A stretch of 39,525 nucleotides of DNA from Clostridia bacterium. Lineage in GTDB: Bacteria; Bacillota; Clostridia; TANB77; CAG-508. Shown here piece by piece: positions 26,349-34,045 of this stretch. The notes under the pieces were generated by a model, which saw nothing but the letters and a program-made list of their open reading frames with translations, ran no database searches and was not told the DNA's origin. How positions within the stretch are numbered: position 1 is the first letter of the stretch; each line of letters begins with the position of its first letter. Both the position numbers and the translations under genes were made by a program. The stretch lies in contig JAZSCD010000139.1 of the NCBI GenBank assembly GCA_045602745.1, positions 1 to 39,525 on the forward strand, written 5' to 3'.

Positions 26349-27346
26349 GGCAATTCCTCCTTTGAAATATTTTCATAATTGTATTTTAATTTTTCCTTTT
26401 CTTTTTCTTCATTATACAATTTTCTTGATGGTATAAAAGTTCTTAAATCTCTGTCATACTGTAATCCTACTAAACTTGTTTTAAAATTTTGTCCTTTTGT
26501 TTTTATTATTTCTAATACAGTATCTACAGTTTGTAAATCATAATCTAAATTAAACAACTCTTTTTCAAGTTTTTCTTTTTCTTTGTTATCATTTCTTATT
26601 TTATCCATTCTCATTATTGATATTATATTTCCTGCTTTGTTACTTAAATTACTGCTTCCTAAAATATCATGTTCAGATAATCGTACTTGAAATCTTTCTG
26701 TTTTTCTAGGGTGTGCAACTAAATGTATATGTACTTTTTTATTTACTGCAAAAGTCCTCAATTTTTCCATTATGTTTGTTTGTTCTTGAAATACATTGTC
26801 GCTCTTAATATCTATCTGCATAAAGTTATCTAAAAAGAACACCCTTATTTTTTCTTTTTTCCTTACCTCTTCCATAGCATATAACAATGTATCTATATCT
26901 CTTGCACTTTCATTGTTAAATATAAATATTTTATTTCCATAAATTTTTTCTAATTCTTGTGCTTTTACTTTAGTAACAAAAGTGTCTTTTACTATGCTGT
27001 TTCTATATTGTACTCTTACTAAATCTTTTTTACTTGATGCTTGAATGTATAAATTATTTTTAAAATCTTCTTTTGTTTGCTCTCCATTAAAGAAAAACAC
27101 CCTTTCTCCTTGCTCTATTGTCTTTTTTGCTATCATTGTCATAACTGTAGTTTTACCAGCATTTGTTAATCCAGTCCATATTGTTATAAGCCCCATTTCA
27201 AATCCTGATATATTATAATCTAAATCTTCTATTCCTGATAAAACTCTTATCTTTGAAACATTATTATACTTTACATCATCTAGTCTATAATATAATTCTT
27301 TAACTTCGGTTTTACCCAATATTTTAACTCTTTCATCATCTGTCAT
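26342..27346 (-). CDS. DnaB-like / RecA-fold replicative ATPase (helicase)
   Basis: 334 aa; Walker A GLTNAGKTT, Walker B-like VFFLDNF; follows a primase-zinc-finger-like gene. Confidence 0.7.
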   Translation of the reverse strand: MTDDERVKILGKTEVKELYYRLDDVKYNNVSKIRVLSGIEDLDYNISGFEMGLITIWTGLTNAGKTTVMTMIAKKTIEQGERVFFFNGEQTKEDFKNNLYIQASSKKDLVRVQYRNSIVKDTFVTKVKAQELEKIYGNKIFIFNNESARDIDTLLYAMEEVRKKEKIRVFFLDNFMQIDIKSDNVFQEQTNIMEKLRTFAVNKKVHIHLVAHPRKTERFQVRLSEHDILGSSNLSNKAGNIISIMRMDKIRNDNKEKEKLEKELFNLDYDLQTVDTVLEIIKTKGQNFKTSLVGLQYDRDLRTFIPSRKLYNEEKEKEKLKYNYENISKEELPW

Positions 27347-27903
27347 TTTTTAGCCTCCAAATATAACTTTATTTTATCGCTTTCACTTGTATTTGTAAAT
27401 AATTCAAATTGATATTCTAATTTTGATTGTTCATCATATAAATATTTTAATACTTCTAAATTATGAAATTGTTTGCATACTTCAATACATTTACTATTAG
27501 TTTGAATCTTATTGCATATATCTACTAAATGCTCATTATGCCATTTAAGCACTAATTCTTTTGCTCTTTTTTCTTCTTCTCTTTTCTTCTTTATGTTTTT
27601 TAAAATTTCTTCTGTTTCATATTCATTGCCTATACTAATATTAAAATCATAACATAATATTTCTAATGCTTTGGCTGGTGTTGTATTAAAATATTTCTCT
27701 ACAAAGCTTATAATATCATAATGTGTACTATCTCCAAAATCATGTATTCCTTTATTAGATACACAAAAACTTGCTGTTCTTTCACTTCTAAATGGGCTTT
27801 TATACCATATACCTGTAGAAGTTGTTTTAATTGGTGTGCCTAAATATCTAGTAACAACTTCTTTATTAGTTAGCATTGTTTTTATTTCTTTAAACTTATT
27901 CAT
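27343..27903 (-). CDS. primase CHC2 zinc-finger-like protein with non-conserved metal ligands
   Basis: 186 aa; YKSPFRSERTASFCVSNKGIHDFGDSTHYDIISFV aligns by eye to CPFH.E.TPSF.V....F.CFGCG..GD.I.F of DnaG N-termini, but C/H ligands are replaced. Confidence 0.5.
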   Translation of the reverse strand: MNKFKEIKTMLTNKEVVTRYLGTPIKTTSTGIWYKSPFRSERTASFCVSNKGIHDFGDSTHYDIISFVEKYFNTTPAKALEILCYDFNISIGNEYETEEILKNIKKKREEEKRAKELVLKWHNEHLVDICNKIQTNSKCIEVCKQFHNLEVLKYLYDEQSKLEYQFELFTNTSESDKIKLYLEAKK

Positions 27904-27908
27904 ATTTT

Positions 27909-28568
27909 TTACTCCACATAATCTAATATATAGCTATTAAAGAATGTATCTCCATGTTTTATAAATTGCTGTTCTATTTTATTTTCTTCGCATTCTTTAG
28001 CATATTTACGAACAGCATAATACATTTGCTCATCTGTTATTTTCCTAGTAATAGAATTAATCTTTCTACCTTTTAACCAGCCGAAATAATATCCTTCTGC
28101 TTTAGACTTACCCTTTTTATTAGGATATTCTTTCCATATTAGCTCAAAATGATTTCTCAATTCTTCATCTTTTGATGAAGGTATATCTTTTTCTTTGTTA
28201 TTATTAAAATTGTTATTATTAGTATCTTGATTTTCCGTATCCGAAATTTTCGTACACGGTAAATTTAGGTTTATTTTATATATATTATTGCTAAATCTAC
28301 TTTCATTCTTTGATTGACTTATCTGTATATAATTGCTTTCTTTTAATTCTTTTAGATATTTTCCTAAAGTATCATTTGTAATATTTAAGTCAAAACACAT
28401 CTTTTTTCTACTAGGAAACGCATCTTTTCCTTTGCCTGAATAACTGCACAAATAAGCATATAATCCTTTAGCTTGTAATGATAATTGATTATCTTGCATT
28501 ACTATCTTTGCTATAAAGCCATATCCATTCTTAAATATTCCGTCTAATTCTAAAATGTTATTTTCCAT
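27909..28568 (-). CDS. replication initiator/organiser-like wHTH protein
   Basis: 219 aa; N-terminal wHTH-like region typical of phage replisome organisers, N-rich linker, first gene of the replication block. Confidence 0.5.
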   Translation of the reverse strand: MENNILELDGIFKNGYGFIAKIVMQDNQLSLQAKGLYAYLCSYSGKGKDAFPSRKKMCFDLNITNDTLGKYLKELKESNYIQISQSKNESRFSNNIYKINLNLPCTKISDTENQDTNNNNFNNNKEKDIPSSKDEELRNHFELIWKEYPNKKGKSKAEGYYFGWLKGRKINSITRKITDEQMYYAVRKYAKECEENKIEQQFIKHGDTFFNSYILDYVE

Positions 28569-28697
28569 TTTATCCTCCTTTCCTCTATAATATTTGACAA
28601 ATTTTAATTTCTATGGTATATTATATAAAAAGGTTTTTGATATTTTTATTAAAATTCTTTTTAAATCCATAGATAATAGTTAGGACTTGTCATACCA

Positions 28698-28856
28698 CTA
28701 ACTATTATTTTTTTGCATTTCATCATACTCTTTAGCATATTTATCAAGCATTTCTCTAACTGCTGTTGATAAGTCTTTACCTTTGCATTTCAATACAAAA
28801 ATAGCTTTATTTTTCTTTTCTGTATCAACTCTTTTAATGTTCATATCTGATAACAT
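28698..28856 (-). CDS. ribbon-helix-helix (Arc/CopG-like) small regulator, 52 aa
   Basis: Hand-translated MLSDMNIKRVDTEKKNKAIFVLKCKGKDLSTAVREMLDKYAKEYDEMQKNNS; GGAGG RBS; own sigma-A promoter. Confidence 0.5.
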   Translation of the reverse strand: MLSDMNIKRVDTEKKNKAIFVLKCKGKDLSTAVREMLDKYAKEYDEMQKNNS

Positions 28857-28880
28857 ATTATTCCCTCCTTTCTGTCTATA

Positions 28881-28909
28881 CTTATATAATACTTTTTATA
28901 ATTTGTCAA
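28881..28909 (-). promoter_or_regulatory. sigma-A-type promoter
   Basis: Minus strand TTGACA (rc of 28904-28909), 17-nt spacer, TATAAG (rc of 28881-28886). Confidence 0.55.
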
Positions 28910-28929
28910 TAGTTTTTCAAAAATATTTC

Positions 28930-28968
28930 ATTACATTTTTGTTACAGAAATATTACAAAATTATTACA
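28930..28968. repeat. four RTTACA repeats phased at exactly 11 bp (candidate operator/iteron array)
   Basis: attaca 28930, gttaca 28941, attaca 28952, attaca 28963; lies between the two RHH genes, just upstream of the promoter. Confidence 0.6.
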
Positions 28969-28977
28969 AAAAAGAGG

Positions 28978-29112
28978 CTATTTAACCCCTTTTTCGTGGG
29001 CATACTTCTCTACTGCTCTACTTAAAGATACAGTCATAGGTACGCCATCTCTCTCTTTTATTTTTTTTAATAATTCATATATATTAGCATCTATTTTAAT
29101 TGATAATTGCAT
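28978..29112 (-). CDS. ribbon-helix-helix (CopG/Arc-like) small regulator, 44 aa
   Basis: Hand-translated MQLSIKIDANIYELLKKIKERDGVPMTVSLSRAVEKYAHEKGVK; GGAG RBS. Confidence 0.55.
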   Translation of the reverse strand: MQLSIKIDANIYELLKKIKERDGVPMTVSLSRAVEKYAHEKGVK

Positions 29113-29126
29113 TGTTTTCTCCTTTC

Positions 29127-29417
29127 TCAAAATGGCAAATCTGATTCTGATGTAAAGTAATTTTCTTCTTGTTTAGGTTCATCTTGTTTAATTTCCATAG
29201 CAATTATTTTTGGTACCTTTTTTCCATCTTTGCTTTCATAAAAACTAATAAACCCTTTTGTTATTTCTATAATAGATTTATCTTCTGGTTCTATTCCTTT
29301 AGGTAATTGTAATTGCATAAACATATTTGAATAACTTCCATCTTGATTTTTATTAGATATAGAACAACTATATCCGTATTTTCCTTTATAAATTTTTGTT
29401 TTTCCTGTTATATTCAT
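29127..29417 (-). CDS. SSB-like protein (short OB-fold candidate with acidic DLPF tip)
   Basis: 96 aa ending ...SESDLPF, the canonical SSB C-terminal tip; sits in the recombination/replication block. Confidence 0.5.
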   Translation of the reverse strand: MNITGKTKIYKGKYGYSCSISNKNQDGSYSNMFMQLQLPKGIEPEDKSIIEITKGFISFYESKDGKKVPKIIAMEIKQDEPKQEENYFTSESDLPF

Positions 29418-29558
29418 TTAATTTTCCTCCTTGTTATTTAATTTATTTTCAATAATATCTAATTGTGCTTTTATTATTCCTAAATGTATGCTATCAAATA
29501 TCAATACTACCATACTAATAACATATAAAATTAAAAAATTCCTTGTTAATTCATTCAT
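29418..29558 (-). CDS. hypothetical 46-aa membrane protein
   Basis: Hand-translated MNELTRNFLILYVISMVVLIFDSIHLGIIKAQLDIIENKLNNKEEN; stop abuts SSB-like start. Confidence 0.35.
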   Translation of the reverse strand: MNELTRNFLILYVISMVVLIFDSIHLGIIKAQLDIIENKLNNKEEN

Positions 29559-29574
29559 TTATTTATCATCTCCT

Positions 29575-29754
29575 TTAAAAATTAGGCATTGAGTCTCTTA
29601 TGTCTGCAACTTCAAACATAAATTGTTCTAATTTTTCATCTATTCTATTTTCTTTTATTCGTATAGTATATACAAAATCTTTATCATTTAGCATTTCATC
29701 TATTATATTGTTTATTTTATTTTTTAAGTCTGTTTTACCATCATAAGTAATCAT
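29575..29754 (-). CDS. hypothetical 59-aa protein
   Basis: Hand-translated MITYDGKTDLKNKINNIIDEMLNDKDFVYTIRIKENRIDEKLEQFMFEVADIRDSMPNF. Confidence 0.35.
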   Translation of the reverse strand: MITYDGKTDLKNKINNIIDEMLNDKDFVYTIRIKENRIDEKLEQFMFEVADIRDSMPNF

Positions 29755-29805
29755 TTTTAATCATCTCCTTTAATATAGGTTGCCAATAATGTTTGTTTGA
29801 ATGTA

Positions 29806-30159
29806 CTAATATGTCCATATAAATCCACCGGCCGTTTTCTGTCTGCCACATCTACATTTTTTTATTGACATATAACATACCTTAGTTGCTTGACTTGCCA
29901 AATTTGCACTTTCATATTCTTTTATAAAATTTCCGTTTAAATCATATTGCTTAACTGGTTTAGATATAGGATGATTTTTCCCTTTTTTACCTAGCATATT
30001 TTTAGGAGCAATATGAAAACCATTCTTATATGAATATTTCACATTATACGACCTATCACACCATTCTAAATTATTACTTTGATTATTGTCCTTATTATTA
30101 TCTTTATGATTTACTTCTTTGTAATTATTTGGATTTTCTATAAAAGCCTCTGCAACCAA
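29806..30159 (-). CDS. 5'-truncated HNH_3-type homing endonuclease remnant with C-terminal IENR/NUMOD-like DNA-binding part
   Basis: Starts (TTG) inside the conserved RLVAEAFIENP...VNHKDNNKDNN..NLEW motif; the N-terminal half usual for this family is absent; frame closed by TGA 7 codons upstream. Confidence 0.5.
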   Translation of the reverse strand: MVAEAFIENPNNYKEVNHKDNNKDNNQSNNLEWCDRSYNVKYSYKNGFHIAPKNMLGKKGKNHPISKPVKQYDLNGNFIKEYESANLASQATKVCYMSIKKCRCGRQKTAGGFIWTY

Positions 30160-30548
30160 CCTATTTCTTTTGTATTTTCAATTATTTTCTTTAAAATTGG
30201 TCTATATTTTTTTTGATTTTTATGTACAACATTTAAATGACAATTTTCACAAAGTATTATGCAATTGTCAACATTGTTTGTTAAGTCTTTTCCTCTACCA
30301 TCTATATGGTGTAAGTGCAGATTTAAACTTGTACCACATAATCTGCATTTATACTTATCTCTTTGCATAACTTTGTTATATGTTTCTTCTGTTACTGTTA
30401 TTCTTTTATTGCTTACTTTTTTTATGGGCTTATTCACACGAGGTTCAAATTTAAGGCATTTTTTACAGTTATCTATATAAGTTATTGTTTTTAATAATTT
30501 GCACCTTAAACTGCCATTTAAACATTTTGATAAATATTTACAATACAT
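30138..30548 (-). CDS. HNH endonuclease
   Basis: 136 aa; CRLCG...HLHHIDGRG...NCIILCENCH. Confidence 0.75.
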   Translation of the reverse strand: MYCKYLSKCLNGSLRCKLLKTITYIDNCKKCLKFEPRVNKPIKKVSNKRITVTEETYNKVMQRDKYKCRLCGTSLNLHLHHIDGRGKDLTNNVDNCIILCENCHLNVVHKNQKKYRPILKKIIENTKEIGWLQRLL

Positions 30549-30549
30549 T

Positions 30550-30894
30550 TTATACTCCTTTTGTATTTCCGTATTCTCTACTCAATTGATTTTCTAATAT
30601 TCTAATCATTAATTTAATTGTTTGTATATACTCCAAATTTGCATTGTATTTTACTTGTGCTGTATCTCTTTCAAATCTTAATTTTGCTATATCTTCATAA
30701 CCATATATAACTTGATTAATTAAAGTAACTGGCAAATCTTGACTTCTTAATTCTAATGCTTTTTTATTTACTGCTATTTTATAATCTCTCTCACATTCTG
30801 CTAATTTATAGCCATTTTGTGCCAATTCTTTTATTGCTTTATCTAACATCTTTTGTTTTTCTTGAATTTCTTGCCATAGTTCTATTTTAATCAC
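30550..30894 (-). CDS. hypothetical protein
   Basis: 114-aa ORF. Confidence 0.55.
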   Translation of the reverse strand: MIKIELWQEIQEKQKMLDKAIKELAQNGYKLAECERDYKIAVNKKALELRSQDLPVTLINQVIYGYEDIAKLRFERDTAQVKYNANLEYIQTIKLMIRILENQLSREYGNTKGV

Positions 30895-31177
30895 CTACTT
30901 CAAATATTATTGTTTTATCATCTTTTATATTAAATTTAGATTTCAATTTTTGTAAATCATCTTGTGCAAGTTTAAACATATCAGTATGCCCTATTTTCTT
31001 CCATTCTTTAGGATTAGCTGTACTTGTTTTATAAAAGCTTCCTTTTTTCCATTTGCCTCTAATGTTTTGTAATACAAAATATGTATCTTTATTTTCTCCT
31101 AAATAAATTCCAACTCTAACATCAATATGTCCTGCCCAAGGATTTTCAATTATATCTCCTAATTTATATTTTTCCAT
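30887..31177 (-). CDS. hypothetical protein
   Basis: 96-aa ORF. Confidence 0.55.
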   Translation of the reverse strand: MEKYKLGDIIENPWAGHIDVRVGIYLGENKDTYFVLQNIRGKWKKGSFYKTSTANPKEWKKIGHTDMFKLAQDDLQKLKSKFNIKDDKTIIFEVGD

Positions 31178-31180
31178 ATA

Positions 31181-31822
31181 TTACTCCTTTACTTTTGATT
31201 TAAAGTCGTTTACTAAATTTGCATAATCTTTTATTTTTATTTCACTTGTTGAAGTATATCCATATTGACTTAATATTAATTCTACTACTTCATCTTTTAT
31301 TCCTGCATTTTCTATTGATTTGTTTAAGGCTTGTACTTTTATTTTATCAATTACTTTTTCTGCATTTAATTCATTTTGCATTTTATAATCTGTTTCTGCA
31401 CTTGATATTTTATCAGGGTCTTCTCCTGTTGGTATTGCAAATGTTCTTAATAGCATATATTTATAAGCATAAGTCATAGCTTTTCCTACTGCTTTGTCTT
31501 GTGTATCAACTCCACTTCCATTGCTTTCCACTTCTATAAAATCGCTTACGTCATCTATATTTTGTATTCTGTATCTAGTATGTACATCTGCTCTTTGATT
31601 TACTGATTTGTCTGTTCTTATAAGTTCTGTAACTGTGCTTTCTTGCATAATTGGAATAATTACTATTCCTTGTTTTACCAATTCTTTTCTAACTATTGTT
31701 GTTACTTTTTCTTCACTTATTGCTTTATATTTTGTGTTTGCAAATTCTACTTTATCATCTTTTGTTAAATATTCAATAGCTTTCATTACTTCACTAATTT
31801 TTTGATATATATTCATTTTCAT
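31181..31822 (-). CDS. erf: ERF-family single-strand annealing recombinase
   Basis: 213 aa; ...GSGVDTQDKAVGKAMTYAYKYMLLRTFAIPTGEDPD... matches the ERF core motif. Confidence 0.75.
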   Translation of the reverse strand: MKMNIYQKISEVMKAIEYLTKDDKVEFANTKYKAISEEKVTTIVRKELVKQGIVIIPIMQESTVTELIRTDKSVNQRADVHTRYRIQNIDDVSDFIEVESNGSGVDTQDKAVGKAMTYAYKYMLLRTFAIPTGEDPDKISSAETDYKMQNELNAEKVIDKIKVQALNKSIENAGIKDEVVELILSQYGYTSTSEIKIKDYANLVNDFKSKVKE

Positions 31823-31870
31823 ACCTCCTAAATACTATATTATCTTCATCTATCAAATCCCAATAACACA

Positions 31871-32071
31871 TTATTTTTGTTCCTCCTCTTTTTGTTGTAC
31901 ATATATTTTCCATGCTTCTTTTTTTCTCTCAAAAAACTCTTCTTCTGACATACTCATTCCTATTACTAGGTTGTATACTTCTAATTCTTCATTTATTAAA
32001 TTCCACATTTCTTTTAAATGGTTTACTTGCTTTCTTAAGTTTTCAATTTCAAAATCTTTTATATCTTCCAT
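31871..32071 (-). CDS. hypothetical protein
   Basis: 66-aa ORF. Confidence 0.5.
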   Translation of the reverse strand: MEDIKDFEIENLRKQVNHLKEMWNLINEELEVYNLVIGMSMSEEEFFERKKEAWKIYVQQKEEEQK

Positions 32072-32073
32072 TT

Positions 32074-32229
32074 CTAGTCTCCTTTATAATCTAATATTGA
32101 ATTTAATCTTTCTTTAATGTAATCAATTAAAAGTCCATTAGGTTTTAACCCATTTTCAATTTCTTTTGCAATTACATCTGTACAATCTTCTATAACTTGT
32201 AATATACATAATGCTTGTTCTTTTTTCAT
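32074..32229 (-). CDS. hypothetical 51-aa protein
   Basis: Hand-translated MKKEQALCILQVIEDCTDVIAKEIENGLKPNGLLIDYIKERLNSILDYKGD; GGAG RBS. Confidence 0.4.
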   Translation of the reverse strand: MKKEQALCILQVIEDCTDVIAKEIENGLKPNGLLIDYIKERLNSILDYKGD

Positions 32230-32231
32230 AA

Positions 32232-32390
32232 TTAACTCCTTTCCATATCCTGTAAAGTTTCTATCATACTTTTAATCATAAATTTGTCTAATGGCAAATT
32301 GTTTTGCAATTCTTTCTCAATGAAATTCAAATAATCTTTTAGTTTACTTATTCTTATTTCATTTAATTTTCTTGATGAAATATCTTCCAT
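32232..32390 (-). CDS. hypothetical 52-aa protein
   Basis: Hand-translated MEDISSRKLNEIRISKLKDYLNFIEKELQNNLPLDKFMIKSMIETLQDMERS; GGAGG RBS. Confidence 0.4.
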   Translation of the reverse strand: MEDISSRKLNEIRISKLKDYLNFIEKELQNNLPLDKFMIKSMIETLQDMERS

Positions 32391-32402
32391 AATAAATCCT
32401 CC

Positions 32403-32546
32403 TTATCCAAAATATCCTATTGTGCTAAAAAATTCTATGCCTTTTGTTTTTAATGTATAAATTAAAACAGCAACTATTGCTATATTAAAAATAATATATA
32501 GATTTCTAGCTACTGTTTTCCAATTTATTCTCCATTTTTTCATCAT
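32403..32546 (-). CDS. hypothetical 47-aa membrane protein, first early gene
   Basis: Hand-translated MMKKWRINWKTVARNLYIIFNIAIVAVLIYTLKTKGIEFFSTIGYFG; GGGAGG RBS; 30 nt downstream of the early promoter. Confidence 0.4.
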   Translation of the reverse strand: MMKKWRINWKTVARNLYIIFNIAIVAVLIYTLKTKGIEFFSTIGYFG

Positions 32547-32578
32547 ACATTACCTCCCTTTCTTTATTTTATATTTGT

Positions 32579-32607
32579 ATTATACTACTTTTTACTACCT
32601 CTGTCAA
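32579..32607 (-). promoter_or_regulatory. consensus sigma-A early promoter
   Basis: Minus strand TTGACA (rc of 32602-32607), 17-nt spacer, TATAAT (rc of 32579-32584); inverted repeat CTTAC-N4-GTAAG just upstream (32642-32655). Confidence 0.7.
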
Positions 32608-32665
32608 GTGTTTTTTATAAAAATCTTAAAAAAATTTTATTCTTACTCTCGTAAGTGTTTTACAA

Positions 32666-32696
32666 TGCAAAAGAAAAAAGCTCCAAAAAAGAGCTT
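32666..32696 (-). terminator. rho-independent terminator (second of a tandem pair)
   Basis: AAGCTC-TTTTTTG-GAGCTT followed by TTTTTCTTTTG on the minus strand. Confidence 0.55.
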
Positions 32697-32756
32697 CTTC
32701 GAATAGGTTGGACCCCCTATATAAATATTATATCATTGTTTATAATAAAAATCAAT

Positions 32757-32794
32757 GTCAAAAAGGAAAAAGTCCGCAACAAAAGTTACGAACT
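32757..32794 (-). terminator. rho-independent terminator after the lysis genes
   Basis: 10-bp stem AGTTCGTAAC-TTTT-GTTGCGGACT followed by TTTTCCTTTTT on the minus strand. Confidence 0.65.
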
Positions 32795-32845
32795 TAATCA
32801 GTAATGTAGATGATAATTTTATTATACACTTATTTTGAAATTTTG

Positions 32846-33646
32846 TCAAACTAATTTATTTACTTCTTTTTGTACTTCTTTATAATTATATCCAGCTTTT
32901 TCCAAAGCTTTTTTTCTTGCATCTCCATTTCCCCATTTACCGTCAATTACTTCTTTTGCTATTTCTTTAATAGATTTTTTATTTTTAAGTAGTCTGTTTA
33001 CTTCATCTTGTACTTTTCTATAATTATATCCAGCTTTTTCAAGTTTCTTTTTACGTTCTTCTCCAGAACCCCATTTTCCGTCTATAACTTCTTTAGCAAT
33101 TTCAGTTACTGATTTTTTATTTGTATTAGAAGAGCTATTTTCTTTTTCATATTTAATATAAGCACATTTACCCCAATTTGTCCATCCTCTAGTTTTAGCA
33201 ACTGTTTTTATTATTCTAAAAGTTCCGCCACTAACTGTACATTCATAAGTATATTTGTTTCCATCATATACACCAATATGTCCATCCATCCAAACAAGCA
33301 ATCCTTTTATATTAGGTATAGATGAAATTTTTCCTTTTTCTGTACATTTATTATACATACCATTTGCTGACAAATCATATTTGCTATTATATTTTACATT
33401 TCCAAACCCACCAAATAAATAGCATTTTATTAAGCCTACACAATCATAAGCATATTTATATTTTCCAACTGCATTTCTTGCATTTCTTTTTCTTTGTTCT
33501 GTTCTATAAAATGATGGGTATTGTTTTATTTTTGCCTCTACTAAAGAAGATGTAAGTCTTTGTCCAAATGTTCCATATATATAATAATTTGAGTGCTTAT
33601 AACATTTTATTGTATTTTCTAATAATCCAATATTTGTAAGTGACAT
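32846..33646 (-). CDS. endolysin: NlpC/P60-type peptidase domain plus two CW_7 (Cpl-7-like) cell-wall-binding repeats
   Basis: 266 aa; catalytic-type DCVGLIK Cys and GHIGVY His; tandem EIAKEVIDGKWG.G..RKK.LEKAGYNY..VQ.EVN.L repeats. Confidence 0.8.
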   Translation of the reverse strand: MSLTNIGLLENTIKCYKHSNYYIYGTFGQRLTSSLVEAKIKQYPSFYRTEQRKRNARNAVGKYKYAYDCVGLIKCYLFGGFGNVKYNSKYDLSANGMYNKCTEKGKISSIPNIKGLLVWMDGHIGVYDGNKYTYECTVSGGTFRIIKTVAKTRGWTNWGKCAYIKYEKENSSSNTNKKSVTEIAKEVIDGKWGSGEERKKKLEKAGYNYRKVQDEVNRLLKNKKSIKEIAKEVIDGKWGNGDARKKALEKAGYNYKEVQKEVNKLV

Positions 33647-33648
33647 AA

Positions 33649-33747
33649 TTATTCCTCCTCTTCAACAATTTCTACTTCTTGTTCTTCCATTTCAGATTGT
33701 TTTAGTATCTCTTCTTCAGATACCTCCATTATATTATCTTTTTGCAT
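33649..33747 (-). CDS. hypothetical 32-aa acidic peptide
   Basis: Hand-translated MQKDNIMEVSEEEILKQSEMEEQEVEIVEEEE between holin and endolysin; may be non-functional spacer. Confidence 0.25.
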   Translation of the reverse strand: MQKDNIMEVSEEEILKQSEMEEQEVEIVEEEE

Positions 33748-33749
33748 AA

Positions 33750-34028
33750 CTACTCTCCTTTGCTAAGTTCTTGTATTTTAGTTAATAAGTCATGCAATAC
33801 ATTTGCACCTCTACTAATTAAAATTCCAGTTAATACACTTCCTAAAATAGGAAATATTTCAAAGTCTAATATTTCAAATAAATTTATCTTAGTGCCAATT
33901 GCAACTATTATGCTTACAATTAAAGAACCTAATCTATTTATACTAAACTTTCCATTTTCAAAAGTCATTCTTAAATTTTCCCATATAGCTTCACATAATA
34001 AAGCTAATATAATTACTTTTATCATCAT
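33750..34028 (-). CDS. holin
   Basis: 92 aa; two or three hydrophobic segments, ...GILISRGANVLHDLL... motif common in clostridial phage holins; immediately upstream of endolysin. Confidence 0.75.
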   Translation of the reverse strand: MMIKVIILALLCEAIWENLRMTFENGKFSINRLGSLIVSIIVAIGTKINLFEILDFEIFPILGSVLTGILISRGANVLHDLLTKIQELSKGE

Positions 34029-34045
34029 AGTAAATCACTCCTTTT

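Noticed and set aside
30138-30180. A -1 frameshift fusing the HNH gene to the downstream HNH_3 fragment
   Set aside because: There is no slippery sequence in the 37-nt window where both frames are open. The truncated-remnant interpretation is simpler.
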